Shown here one piece after another: positions 13,011 to 24,998 of a stretch of 64,000 bases of DNA (position 1 is its first letter; the number at the start of each line of letters is the position of its first letter). Source of the DNA: Tubulanus polymorphus. Its lineage: Eukaryota > Animalia > Nemertea. Made by a program: the position numbers and the translations under genes. The DNA lies in contig NC_134034.1 of assembly GCF_964204645.1 (NCBI RefSeq), positions 3,365,814 to 3,429,813 of the forward strand. The letters are read 5' to 3'. Below the pieces are notes generated by a model. It saw only the letters and a list, made by a program, of their open reading frames with translations. It was not told the origin of the DNA and made no database searches.

Positions 13011-13255
13011 ATAGTATATTGTTATGGAATAGGTATTATGATACGTAAAATGAGTAGGCCCAAATTGTATTTATAAATCATATAGTGGTTGTCCCTAGGA
13101 TTGCACAACTCTCTAATTCTAGTGTGTTCTTTCCTCGATAATAATAGAATTTCCTAGTTACTGACTATTGCTATTTCCGCCGTATGATTTATATTTACAA
13201 TTTCCTAAGTACTCATTTTACGTATTGGAATACCTATTTCATAACGATATACTAT
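13011..13255. mobile_element. Fold-back MITE with ~45-bp imperfect TIRs
   Basis: ATAGTATATTGTTATGGAATAGGTATT..ATACGTAAAATGAGTA versus TACTCATTTTACGTAT..AATACCTATTTCATAACGATATACTAT. Confidence 0.7.
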
Positions 13256-13509
13256 ATCTATGAAAACGGCTTGTCTTTTACCTTTGTCTCCGTACTTGAA
13301 TTCACTATTCATTGTTTTCCCCGGTAATTGTTTTGAATTACGCTAACTGGTTATTTCCTTTCTACAGCGTATTTTCAGATCAAAAACAGTTTTGACTGTC
13401 AATAAGAAACTGCCTGTTTTTGTCTTGAAAGTAGGCCATATATCTGTGAAGGCCTATAATGAAAATAATTGTTTTTAGCTGGATCCGACGTCTAGAGGAC
13501 AGGCACAAC

Positions 13510-15674
13510 ATGTTGGTGACGTTTCTTCTAACGTGGTTTGTAACGGTGAACGTTGCTTACGGCGAAGATGTCGGGCAATCTGTGGTGCTTTTCAAACGAC
13601 CGCCGAACTGCAAGAATAAGACACCGGGTTTCAACTCGCTGAACGAATTCAAAGAAACCCGGCGATATTTGGAGTGCTTTAGACGGTGCGCGGCAGACGA
13701 CCGCTGTCTGTCGGCCTTATACTCGAAAAAGAACCGGTTGTGCCGCCATTATTCGCGGACTTCAGATTCGAAATGTACGGGACTCGAACCCACCGCGGAC
13801 GACACGAAATTCTACGAGCGACGAACACGAACGGTAAACGCTCAGACTAACATCGATAAAACCAACTATAATTTCAAAGATCAAAAACGAGATTTATTTT
13901 CCACAACTGACGATGGTCTCCGTAGTGAGAAAGAGAGTCCAGATCGTCGTTCCTTTTTAATTCGTATCTCAATTATTGATAATTAGCCAGAAATGCCGTT
14001 TTTAATCTATAAAATTTGTAAAAATAATAATATCATTCATGATGATATTCAAATTTGTATGAAGTGGAGGTTTTAATCTAATAATCTATTATTTACATCT
14101 AAATATTCGGGTTTTCTGCTGACACTGAATAACTTGCGTATACAATTCGAAACATTCTAACTCCTGTTAACCCGCGTAATAATTTGCTCAATAGGTCAAC
14201 GAAAACGCAACAGATGTCAGTGACGGATGCCCAGGGATCTTAATTGGCAGAAACTGTGAATATGATAAAAATAGTAAGTATTGAAACTGACTTACAGATC
14301 ACACGCGCCTGGTGCAACTTTTTTTCGTTATGTCGATTCAGCTGGATAAAATTCAGCTGGATTTGCGCATCGATTTGAAAAATTGTTATGTTAGTTGCAC
14401 CTAAAAAACGGTTCCAAACATGGCGTAATCCGCGAGGCTGCAGCTACGGAATGAAAACGGTTACGGTTATATTTCACTTATGATTGTCACTCACTCCACT
14501 TATATTCACTATTGACTTTGATAATTGCGACACCCCCCTCCGATCCGCCCCTCCCCTTCCCCACTTCTGATGGTGACTATTCGGATATAGTCGAAACGTT
14601 GGTTGGAATAGATTTATACCTTTTTTCCGTTATATCAGTGTGGGATTTTCTATACGCGGATTATTTTTTTCGGTAGGGGGGGGGGGGGAGTTCGCGTGGA
14701 GCACTACGCGCATTCATCTTAAAGCTCAATTCCACTTCCATGACTTGACTCCTCCCATCCCCTCCAAGCAGGGCTGATCATGAAAACCCCGTGCAAAACA
14801 TCCGTAATGAAAAACGGTCGCAAAATTGGTCCATATGGCAGAGATGTTTATGGCCCAGACGGCAGAGATGCTTATACTCCAGACGGCAGAGATGTTTATG
14901 GTCCAGACGGCAGAGATGTTTGTGGTCCAGACGGCAGAGATGTTTGTGGTCCAGACGGCGGAGATGTTTATGGTCCAAACGGCAGAGATGTTAATGCTCT
15001 CATCGATTCTCTTTTCAGACGCATCTCAATACTTTCCGATGGATAACGTAGTTGCCGGTGACATTTGCATTGGCTCCAAACTCAACGCCACTACTTCTGA
15101 CGTTAAAGTCGTTCCCGGAGCGTTCTCCGAATACGCCGTGCAAATCAAGAGCCTGGCTGGATACATCGATTTCGGATCAGTCAAAGAGCTGGGTTGTTTC
15201 GGGGGGGATTTCGAAGCGTGCGGCTCGGATGGGTTTACCCTGATGTTTTGGTTACGCATGTTCGGAGGTACAGTCGACATTTATATGACAAATCGCGGCA
15301 CAAATCCGCTAAGCTTCGGTTACTTGATGACACGCCAAAATGGTTACATAAAACTGGATCTTCGGAGATGCGTAGACCACGGGCGCAGCGTCAGAACGAA
15401 GACCATATCCACCTCGACTCAGTTCAAGGTCGGATGGGTGCACGTGACCGTCACGTGGACGATCTCCTCTTCGGTGAATATGTATATGAACGGTACTAAA
15501 GTACAGGTGGACGAGGATAAAGAATCGCAAAAGGAGTGTAAAATCGGCGCGGAGCATAATTTGATGGTCGGTGTGGCTACCCCACTGGTAATTGACGAGC
15601 TACTGTTTTGGGAACTCGTAGATATGAATATGATTCGTAGTGTTTGGGATTATTATAAGTTACCGTACCAGTAA
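13510..15674 (+). CDS. Secreted PAN/Apple + short Cys linker + LamG/pentraxin-like protein, paralogue A (exons 13510-13833, 14195-14273, 15019-15674)
   Basis: Signal peptide MLVTFLLTWFVTVNVAYG; PAN pattern CFRRCAADDRCLS..Y....LCRHY; LamG motifs GFTLMFWL, GWVHVTVTW, MYMNG, IDELLFW. Splice sites and phases are identical in paralogue B. Confidence 0.88.
14828..14995. repeat. 24-bp minisatellite, about 7 copies, just upstream of the exon 3 acceptor
   Basis: Unit GGTCCAGACGGCAGAGATGTTTAT/TGT; absent from paralogue B. Confidence 0.95.
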
Positions 15675-15853
15675 ACGTGACTATCGCGAGGTACACAATA
15701 CGACGCTGCTGCGGCAATCGAGGATTCCGCTAATGGCAAACTATGAACCGCCGAGTACACTATGTAGATACTCAGTCCTCGTCGTGAAGTTTATTTATCT
15801 ATTTAAAGTCGGCCTGCCAAGGGTCCAAAAATGGAATATTACGGCATTTTTTG

Positions 15854-16153
15854 TTAAAACCCTTTCAGTGCGTCTACACCGCAGTGCGGTGTATAAATCA
15901 GTGATGGATTTTGCTAGTACACCGCACTGCGGTGTATTGATGTAATTAGTAATTTGTAATTATATCTATTGAAAAATGGCAGCAAGTGTCAAACATAGTG
16001 AAATACTAGTAACTAACGATACACCGCACTGCGGTGTAGACGCACTATAGTGGTATTCCCATTGTTCAACACACTAGGGTGGAATTTTTTAGAATTTTCA
16101 AATTTTCTCCAGCACTATAGGGTATTAATTAGTCAGCACTGAAAGGGTTTTAA
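15854..16153. mobile_element. MITE with AACCCTTTCAGTGC TIRs (piggyBac-like, TTAA-flanked); second, truncated copy at 41457-41680
   Basis: TTAAAACCCTTTCAGTGC...GCACTGAAAGGGTTTTAA, with internal palindromes TACACCGCAGTGCGGTGTA. Confidence 0.8.
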
Positions 16154-17469
16154 TGGTTGGCAGCATACATCAATCGATAGATTAGATCCGATAGTACATG
16201 AAAATGTCTGTTGCCACTCTGGGGTCCTGATTTTTTAACCTATAGGGGGCGCTGAAGTTGCTATGGTTAATTACCATATTGTGGTATTGTTCATGTTTCA
16301 CTTGTTGTATAGAAATCATAAAATGAAATATGCAGATAAATAAGTATAATATTTGCTTAATTAGTTTAAATATTTCAAATTTTTAAATGTTTAACATCCT
16401 GTTACACGAACTTAATTATCATTGTTGTCAGTAACTAGGCAACAGCATGCAAAAACACAATTGGAACGCATAAGAAACTGTATTAGTGGGTTCTGAATTC
16501 AAGTCATGACACAAAGGTTACCATTTGCCCCGATTTCGCGTATGGTGGTAGGAGTTATTATCTATTCACTTGTTTACGCAAGTCAACAATGTATAGTACG
16601 CAATGTGACGATCAATGCATAATGTAATATAAGAAAAAATCTTTTTGTTTTTTGTAATATCTTTTTATGTTTTCCCTTTTTGAATCACATATTTTGCTTA
16701 TACCGCTGTACACAGTTGGCTCCTATCGTACAATCAAACATATTATGTTGCGTTCGGTGATCCACATTTTTCGAACTATAAAATCTGTTGGGTTATATTG
16801 AGAAAATCACGGAAAGATTTTTAATCGAATCTGAAATGCATCTTCGACAACTGCAAACTATCGCTGTTCAGACGAAAGGCAGAATCCTGTCGACAATTGA
16901 CGAACCGAAAATGATTCGGCAGCAGAGAGAACTGGATTTTCAATGAGTGAAGTGAACATTTATCGCTGGACTTCGTTGACTTGCCACAGGAACTCAGAGA
17001 ACTTCGAATTCATATTTTCCTGTTTTGTTTTTTTTTTTAATTTCATTTAGATTCTACAGAACACAGTCATTTGTATTTTACAAACCGATTCGACGCATGA
17101 TTCTCGATTAATCGATTTTTCGCAGGTGTTTTCGCAGTTAGACTCATATGCACTTCAACAATATCCGAATTGGGAGTCTAATTTCACACTCAATGGGCTC
17201 GATGAACAATGCTTAGGGAGATGGGAAGTGGCGAAGTGTTTCTCACGTTTCTTCTGTTCAAATTTATAATTTGAAAACGTCAATATGCCTCGTCGATTTT
17301 CGATGAAAATACCGCTGAAATTCGTGCTACACTTACACGGGGCATGTATGAAAGCCGAACGGCTCACAATCGCAAAAAAAACTATTCACAATCGAATCAA
17401 ACTCAAACGAGGAAACGAGTACCGGATCAAATTGCAACACGGACCGACCGATGTTCAAATACTGGTTTC

Positions 17470-17475
17470 TATAAA
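17470..17475 (+). promoter_or_regulatory. Putative TATA box of the small peptide gene
   Basis: TATAAA followed by Inr-like ACAGTC near 17494 and TCAGAC near 17511, then AAAAGATG at 17556. Confidence 0.5.
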
Positions 17476-17555
17476 TTCATACTATAGACCGGTACAGTCG
17501 AAAAGTTTCGTCAGACGCTGAAGTTTCATATTTGACGTTCCCGTCGTTTTAAAAG

Positions 17556-18502
17556 ATGCTAGGTAAGTGAAAGTCGCGATAAACTAATAGTCACACGGTA
17601 TTTGGATTGTAGATCTTAGGTAGAGAGTTTAAATAGTTGAAAATCCATAGAAGCAAAAACAGTTCAAATCTCATTTTCTAATGAGTTTACATGTATCTAT
17701 TCTAGCAAACATTTTCGGGAGTTACATTTTCCCCTTTTCAGGCATAGCGCAAATGATTAAATGTTCATATCATATTGGTATTTTCATATCAGTATGATAT
17801 GAAAATAACAGTATGATATGAATATTTCATCACGTAGGATACGTTTTTCGAAATGTCGAAGGTGTCACCGACGAGCGCCGATGGCGCAAAGCTCGGTGCG
17901 GGGTTCGGGAAAACGTCTAGATGCCCATGAATGTACTTTCCCGGCTTTTGAACATCACAATCCCGACCGAGTTGAGCGAGAATTGCTTTAGTAGTGAAAA
18001 TTTGGAAATAACGAATTAGGGTCCATCCGATTCGGGAAATTATTCATATGTCCAAAGTCGGAGCAGCCCCGCTGGAAAATGGAATGCAAACACCAGAAAT
18101 TAAGAAAATACATTTCATCAGAACACTTTCAAAAGGATAAGTACGACTGTAGCTGCATAAAAACACCAGATTTTGGCAGACAATATTTTTTTCGGGCAAA
18201 AGAATTATCACCCACGCGTCCAGACTAAACAGAAAACATCTGAAGCCGCTCCAGTTTCAGTCCAAGTTGCTACAAAAGATACTTTGGTCGAAATGAAGTT
18301 GTGCATGAAAAAGAATAACGTTTCGTGTGTTCTATTTTCAGGTCAGGTTTGCAATTTGCTGCTCAGCGCGACGACAATAGCGGTGGCGTCGCTGTGGACC
18401 GTCGCTGCGGCTGATACAGAACGGAATGCCGAGAGACTTACCGATGACGCCGCGGCGGTGGAAAGAGTTGCTCGCTATTGCGACCCGTGGACCTGTAGTT
18501 AA
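17556..18502 (+). CDS. Small secreted prepropeptide, 55 aa (exons 17556-17562, 18342-18502); predicted mature peptide YCDPWTCS
   Basis: ATG CTA G|GTAAGT is a consensus donor; polypyrimidine TTTTCAG| acceptor joins in frame. Product MLGQVCNLLLSATTIAVASLWTVAAA-DTERNAERLTDDAAAVERVAR-YCDPWTCS* = signal peptide, acidic pro-region, RxxR site, two-Cys peptide. Confidence 0.75.
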
Positions 18503-18609
18503 TTGAATAATACCATCTACAATTTGCGTACTGCTTTTCACGGCAAATATACAGCATCGATGCATTCATTCTAATTCAAGTCTTATTATTTTGTGGTTTC
18601 GAGCGAATC

Positions 18610-18947
18610 GGCTCGCACTCACCAGATGGCGAAACAATGCACTCACTTATAGATAGTGAAAAATAGTTCATTTTCGCCGAACTTTGAGCTCTATTTTTAG
18701 TCTCCCAAATGGAAATTTTGTCAAACAGGTCATCAAATGTATTTGTTTCAAATTCAAATCGGGCATCCCCAATGAGTGTATGGTACAGTTTTTCTGAACA
18801 AAAAAGATTTACCGATGAGAAAAGTTCATTCGAATTAAATAGAAACGTAGAAGAAATTGAACCGAGTAACCACTAGCGAACCTGGCGGATCCTGGCCTAC
18901 CATAAGTGGAATCCTCGATAGCCACAGTAGCGGTGCCGGCACCCATT
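18610..18947 (+). mobile_element. Copy of a dispersed ~330-bp element (CAATGGG...CCCATTG family)
   Basis: Shares CACCAGATGGCG, AGTTCATTTTC, GAGAAAAGTTCATT, CTAGCGA(C)ACCTGGCGGATCC, GCCACAGTAG and ACCCATT with the copies at 26720, 34239 and 38483. Confidence 0.75.
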
Positions 18948-20878
18948 ACAACAGAGTGTTATCACCGTATCTATTTGCATCTTAAACGAACTCCATGATA
19001 GATAATGAAACCCGTTTGCATTTTACCAGGTAAACTTCATTTTTCCGCCGTACATGGAAATAATATTACAGACAATTATAGTTGAATGAATGAAAACTGT
19101 TTTGAGCAAATGAAACCAACAATGAACAAATAAACAAACATCTGGGCAAAATTAGAAAGATAGATAGATAGATTAGCTAATAGATAGCAATCACTGATTT
19201 GTCTAATAATCATGACAATGACAATGACAATTCAACGCAACGGCGATAACTGAAGATAGAATATTATAGAATTCCACATAGTTGTTCTATTGAAACTTTC
19301 CATTTTTTTTTTTAGTTCTATTTAAACTTGAATAATAACAATTCTCATAATTCGAACATCAACATGAACCCAGGTTAGATCGAACTTGGAGATTAAGTAG
19401 AGTTCGACTGTAAATTCGGAACGACCTGATTCTTAAAGCATGTCGATATAATCTAGAAACAGTCAAAGCTTGTCATAACGCCAGCCCCGGGACTGTCAGA
19501 ATTTTGGCGGTATAACGAATGTGGTGATCATGAGATTTGACGTAGTAAACAAGACACGACCATTAACCAAATCCAGAATTGGTATCAATTATTCTTGATT
19601 TAGGAAGCGTAAAGGTCGTAGCTTATTTCATTCAGATAGTAGAAAAAACCATACCGTAGATGTGTGATACTGCCAGCAGCCACATGTATCGATGCAAAAA
19701 CCCTTACAATAATATTTAAGCGTATGTCAATGATAAGTATGCTAGTAATTTCCATTCTATTCTAGTCGTTATTGCGATATCATAGCTATATCTAGCAGGT
19801 GCCCGTACACAGCAGGTGCGTTTTATTGCTGTCGAAACCTATCATTGGCGTCATCGTATACCACAACTATTTGCATCGGACATTTCAAATATCCAAGATA
19901 AGCTGCACAACTTAAAATGTTTGTAATATTTTATGCAAATATAGATTGTTAGTACTAGATCAACGAATTTCAACAAAAATAATGAGAAGAAAAGTTTTGT
20001 CGGACAAATTGTTCGGACATGTTTCGAATAGAGGCGTTCAAACCATCAGAGGTTCGAATCTGAGAGAATGCAACCTGAGCCCTCAGCATTCTAGGCCAAC
20101 AACAGCCTTTATGTCTCGCAGTTTAAGCTTCTACAAAGGAGCGCGTTCTTCTAGGCTATGGTTCATACGTACATCGGCAAAATACGTTCTTAAGAATCCA
20201 CACAAAAAGTTACCGAGTGAGAAACTGATTCGGTATTTTCGACGAAAGATTACACCAAAAGCAAATTGCACGAATACTCATTTCAACTACAGTCAGATTT
20301 CTTGATTTATTTTCATTCCCGAATACAAAATAATACATCATATGAAATATTCCTTGGTTTACACAAAAGTTCATCTCTTATTTATACACATATGTTTACA
20401 ACGCCCGTCAAGGATGGACCCACTTGCATATACAAAGATTATACCCGAAATCAGATATTTGACAAACAAGTTAAAAGAAATACGTATCTTTCATCTTTAG
20501 GTTATATTTATAAATTCATACAATATAATTTTTGAATAAACTTGAATATATTCAACACACTCAATGGAAAAATTCAACAGATCATGATTCGTCTAATGTA
20601 GGACCATAATTCTTCTAATAACTTTGGCCTAGTTTTACAGATTTGAACAGGTTTTAACCGAGTGAGTTTAAATAAGTGTTAATACGTGGTTATTATGTAT
20701 GCCTGTGAGACCAAGCCCCGCGCGCTGGTGAAGTCGACGATCAGTTGTTGTAAACAACGGAGCGTTTTTTCCGTAGCCTTAGGGGTGGGGAGGGGGAATG
20801 GCGGGGGTGAGGCATAGACCACGCAGAATCACATTTTTTGTACATTATGTTGAAATATGTACGAGTAATGTTTATCGA

Positions 20879-23800
20879 TTAGCGGTTAGATCGAAACATA
20901 TTGGCTGGTTGTATGAATCTTTTCTGTTTACCGATCAGGGTAAGACGAACTCTTTTCCAAAACGTAGAACGGGCTTTTTCGTCTCGCGGGTATTTCATGT
21001 AAACGATATTTGAAAAAATCGTCTGCAAGGATTCGGGCATGCGCGATTCGGGTATATGATCGATATCGAGCACGAGTATGATGTTATTGCCCTCCTCCAC
21101 GCACCGGGTCGCCGCCATACTTACCACAAATTCCGTCCATCTTTCTTTGACGAATGATTCGGTCAACAGAAACACGACCCACCGAGACCCGTAAACAGCA
21201 TCCGCGATGTTCTGTTGTATGTAGCCACCGAGCGTAAAATCTCGAAACTCGACGCAAAACTTCGAAGCAAACTGTTTAGATTTTTCTATCTCGGGTATGA
21301 AATCCAAATAGACAAATTGTAGGTCTTCCATGCTGTGGCTTAAAAATCCGTCAAACTTCAAATTATCAGGACGGTCAACCATTTTTATGCGAAATGGTTT
21401 CGGTAGCAATCGATTGATATTTACCATCCACCAATAGATAAGTTGCCATTTCTTTTTGGCAACAATTCGCCCAATAGCCATGATTATAACAGCGACGCAT
21501 AAAGTCGAAAGAGAAATGATTAAATCTTTGTGGTTGTCACATTCTATCCAAGATAACTCAAAGTTTACGATTGGAACTCCTGATAGTTTTTTTGGTGAAT
21601 CGCAGAGAAGTTCTAACGTGGTCATGTTGTGTACGGCTTCTGCAAAAAAGTCAAGATAGTAATGCTTCTTTGTTCTATGACTTCTCAACTCTCTTAGCCA
21701 ATTTCGAAGGTTTCGCAGTTCACAATCGCATTCTAATGTATTATCGAGAAGAAATATGGATCTGAACCGTTTCAAATTCATGATTTCAGCAGGATCGAAC
21801 GTTTTTAGTTGATTCGATGCTAAATTCAAAGTGCGTAGGTTTATCAGCGGTTTTAACAGACCTGGTTGAATCACGGACAGTCTGTTATGATGCAACACCA
21901 AAAACATTAAGTTAGGGGTCGCTTCAAACGTGGATCCATCCAAATGCCTAATTCCATTTCTGGAGAGATCGAGTAGTTCTAATGACGGAACTCTGCTTAG
22001 GATATGATGGAGTACATGAATTGGACAGTTGCCAATGATCGTTCCGGTTAATAGCAGTCGTCTAAGTTTATAAAACGGTCTCTTCCACGAAAGGTTTTCA
22101 CACGCGGCGTTAAGCGTTTGTTTGTCTAAATACATATTGAATGCTCCTGCAAAGTTTCTTATCCCGATGAAAGTCATAGATTCGGGCAACAGATCGAACG
22201 ACTTCAGGCACAAGAAAACGTAAGAACTAGTTAATTCGATCACAAAGTATTTCAACATGCGCAGGTTCGTTATGTCGTTTCTCAGATAGAAATTTCTGTC
22301 CAAGGGTCGTAAAGCGCCCCTACAAGGCGATTTATCGTGAACTAGTTCTACAACACTGCAAGATACACTTAACGCTGTCACACTGTTGTTCAAAGCAAAT
22401 AATGTGCCACTATCGAAACAAGTAAAGCCTGGTGAATCAAACGCGTAAAATTCTCTCAGTTTCGGGCTGGATAATATGATTTCTGTCAGATTCAAATTCT
22501 GGACGTTGTTCCGCGTCAAATATAATTCACGAAGATTAACGAGTCCTTTGAATTGGTGCTTTGTGAAATTCGTTTTGCTATAAGACATATCGAGCCTTCT
22601 CAAACGTTCGAACCCGCGAAAAAAGCCTACGTCTATTTCGGGTATTCGATTCAACATCAGGTTTAGAATCTTCAAATTCTGCACCGGTAAATATTTCAAT
22701 ATTGACCTAGTCAACGAAATTGCTTCAAATCGCCACGCACCCCGTAAATATAAAACTTCTAAGAAGATGCTGTTTTGCAGAGAATGAAATAGATTGTGAA
22801 TAGCTTCGACAGTGTGCTTTGGAAGACATGATCTTCTCATAAGTCCCACTTGTGGCTTGGTGTACAAAACAAAATTGTAAGCGAACCATCTCAGATGCTT
22901 ATTTTCAATGAAAGCCTGTTTGTCAATAAACCGTACTGGATTACATGAAACATCAAGCGCTAACAGATTCGGTAGATAATGGAACGACCTTGGTCCCACC
23001 AGTGAACTCAATGCGTTTTCCGCTGTCTTTAACACAAACAACCTCGGTAATCGGCGCAACGGTTTTATGCTCTTTATCCTATTCTTCGACAAGTAAAGAA
23101 TATTTATGTTATTCTTTATTCGGGGGAACTTCGTGAATCCTTTATTCCTGCAGTTAGCGATACCATACCTGGAAAATATAGTGCTGATATAGTTTTACGA
23201 ATAAAGTTTCTTTTAAATCGATTTAATGGCTTTAAATTTGATTGCTTTCAATCAAATTGCATTGGCTAGCAATGATACAGTGGAAGGAACTAGGGTGGGG
23301 ATTTCGGCCCCTTCGTCCGGACAGTGTTTGCCAATACATCTTCTCAGAAAAGGGCATCTCTCCAGGCGCAGATCGGGATCCCCCTGCCCAGCTACCAAAA
23401 AATTATTTAAAATTTATAAAATTATCATTTTTATCGTTTTCTCGAAGGAATTTACTCAAGACAAATGCAGACAGTACCAGATATACGGTACCATATCATC
23501 TTATGTTTGACCTAACAATATGCCGTATAGGCCCCATCATCATAAGAGATGTTAGTCGGCAGTTTAACATAAACATTTATTATGAACCCCCTCCTGGAAA
23601 AAAATCCTGGATCCGCGCCTGCCCTCCGCATGACATCGTAGGATGTTCCCTTTGGTTTCGCATGCTTTTCACATGTAGTACGTTCCTTTTTCATTTGAGT
23701 CCCACCTTCCAAGAGATAAGATAGATCATCCACCACCAATAGATACCGATATGATGGAGAGGCGCAGTGGCCAAGTGGTTTAAGCCGACGGTCACTGGTC

Positions 23801-24255
23801 TCGTCAATCCAGGGTTTATGGGTTCAAACCCTGGTGGCGACAGAGTTTCTTGGTCGAAGGTTCTTCTCCGGTCTCTCCCCGATTGGGAAAAAGAAACATC
23901 AAACCTGCTTATAATGCCCTGTGTGGCGCTTAGCGGGTTGAGGCGTTAGAAAAAAAAAAATACCGAAATGAATTTCAACTTACCCGCGCCTGTAGTAACA
24001 GCGACACACCGACGGGCAACCGTAGTAAAAACGTCTGAGGATATCGTCGCGTCGGTTTGGACCCCGCTTATCGCCGACTATTCCAGAATACGGCATCGGA
24101 CTATCGCCGAGTGACCGGTATATCTGATAATCCACTGAATTACTTTCTGAACTCCACGGCGTTCTTTCGATTTCATCATCGATAATTTCCGATATGATAC
24201 CACAGCGGCACAGCAGTATCGCAACCACGAGAATTAGAAGTTTACAAGCGGCCAT
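20879..24255 (-). CDS. Toll-like receptor, ~853 aa, single cysteine-cluster type (exons 24255-23984, 23168-20879)
   Basis: Signal peptide MAACKLLILVVAILLC. LRRNT CPSVCRC..ANCRNKG is rebuilt across the GG|GTAAGT..TTCCAG|G intron. LRRs, LRRCT NTLECDCEL..C..P, a TM helix and a TIR (FDGFLSHS, RDF, FW) follow. Confidence 0.95.
23755..23959 (+). mobile_element. tRNA-derived SINE in the TLR intron
   Basis: A box TGGCCAAGTGG, B box GGTTCAAACCC, poly(A) tail, target-site duplication ATACCGA(T/A)ATGA at 23743 and 23960. Confidence 0.85.
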
Positions 24256-24661
24256 TCTTCCGTCTCTCACTGATCACATCGAACAGACGACCGAAATTCC
24301 GTGTACAATGATGCAATGAACGTGTACAATGAAATGTGAAATCAATCGGACAATCCAAACAAAACTTCCGGCTTTTTCCGTATCGTTTTCTATATTATTC
24401 TATTATATTCATTTCTATATTGATATGATGTATAATGATTCAAGGTCGAATATCAAAACTAAAGTGAAGCTGTTTGATAGACTTTTCTATCACAGCTACC
24501 TGCAATTATCAAACGCAGTTATCAATATTTTCTTATTTTATAATAGTCATTTCAGCAGTGGTTTCAACTGAAGGTAGCCACTGTCTATTTCAACCTGACT
24601 TGAGAGCATTCCGGGTGGCCTAGCTCGCTAATTTTTGGTAGTACATACCTGATAAAGGTCT

Positions 24662-24998
24662 TAATAGGACCAGAAAGGACAGGCAGTCGACCTTAATCAT
24701 GATTTTTTAATCCTTTTGAAACTGTATTGGGGGATATCTAAAAGGTCTTAACTGAAAAGGGTTAATTGAAGAGAATTGACTCCATGATTTGAAAGTTTAA
24801 CAAAACGTTCTATGCCTACGTACCAAACTTCAGTTGGTAGGCATGGAGAAATATTGTTTAAATTTCAAATCATGGAGTCTCTTTTCTCATCTCAGGAACC
24901 CCTGTCAATGCAGACTTTTTGGATATCGTTCAATACAGTTTAAAGTGGATTAAAATACGATATTTTAGATCAGCTGCCTGTCCCTTCTGGTCCTATTA
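24662..24998. mobile_element. Fold-back MITE (TA-flanked, Tc1/mariner-like) upstream of the TLR
   Basis: TAATAGGACCAGAA.GGACAGGCAG ... CTGCCTGTCC.TTCTGGTCCTATTA, plus internal inverted GACTCCATGATTTGAAA/TTTCAAATCATGGAGTC. Confidence 0.8.

Noticed and set aside
14778-15046. Repetitive ORFs (GPDGRDVY, QRCLWSRR, DHKHLCRL)
   Set aside because: By-products of a 24-bp minisatellite; absent from the paralogue.
18173-18341. N-terminal part of the 109-aa ORF
   Set aside because: Starts at TTG and lies in the intron; the coding part begins at the acceptor at 18342.
20879-21360. Prokaryotic TIR (Thoeris-like) defence system
   Set aside because: The TIR belongs to a spliced animal TLR with LRR and TM domains and lacks the catalytic Glu.
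23757-23845. tRNA gene
   Set aside because: No convincing cloverleaf or acceptor stem; continues into a body, poly(A) and TSD, so it is a SINE.
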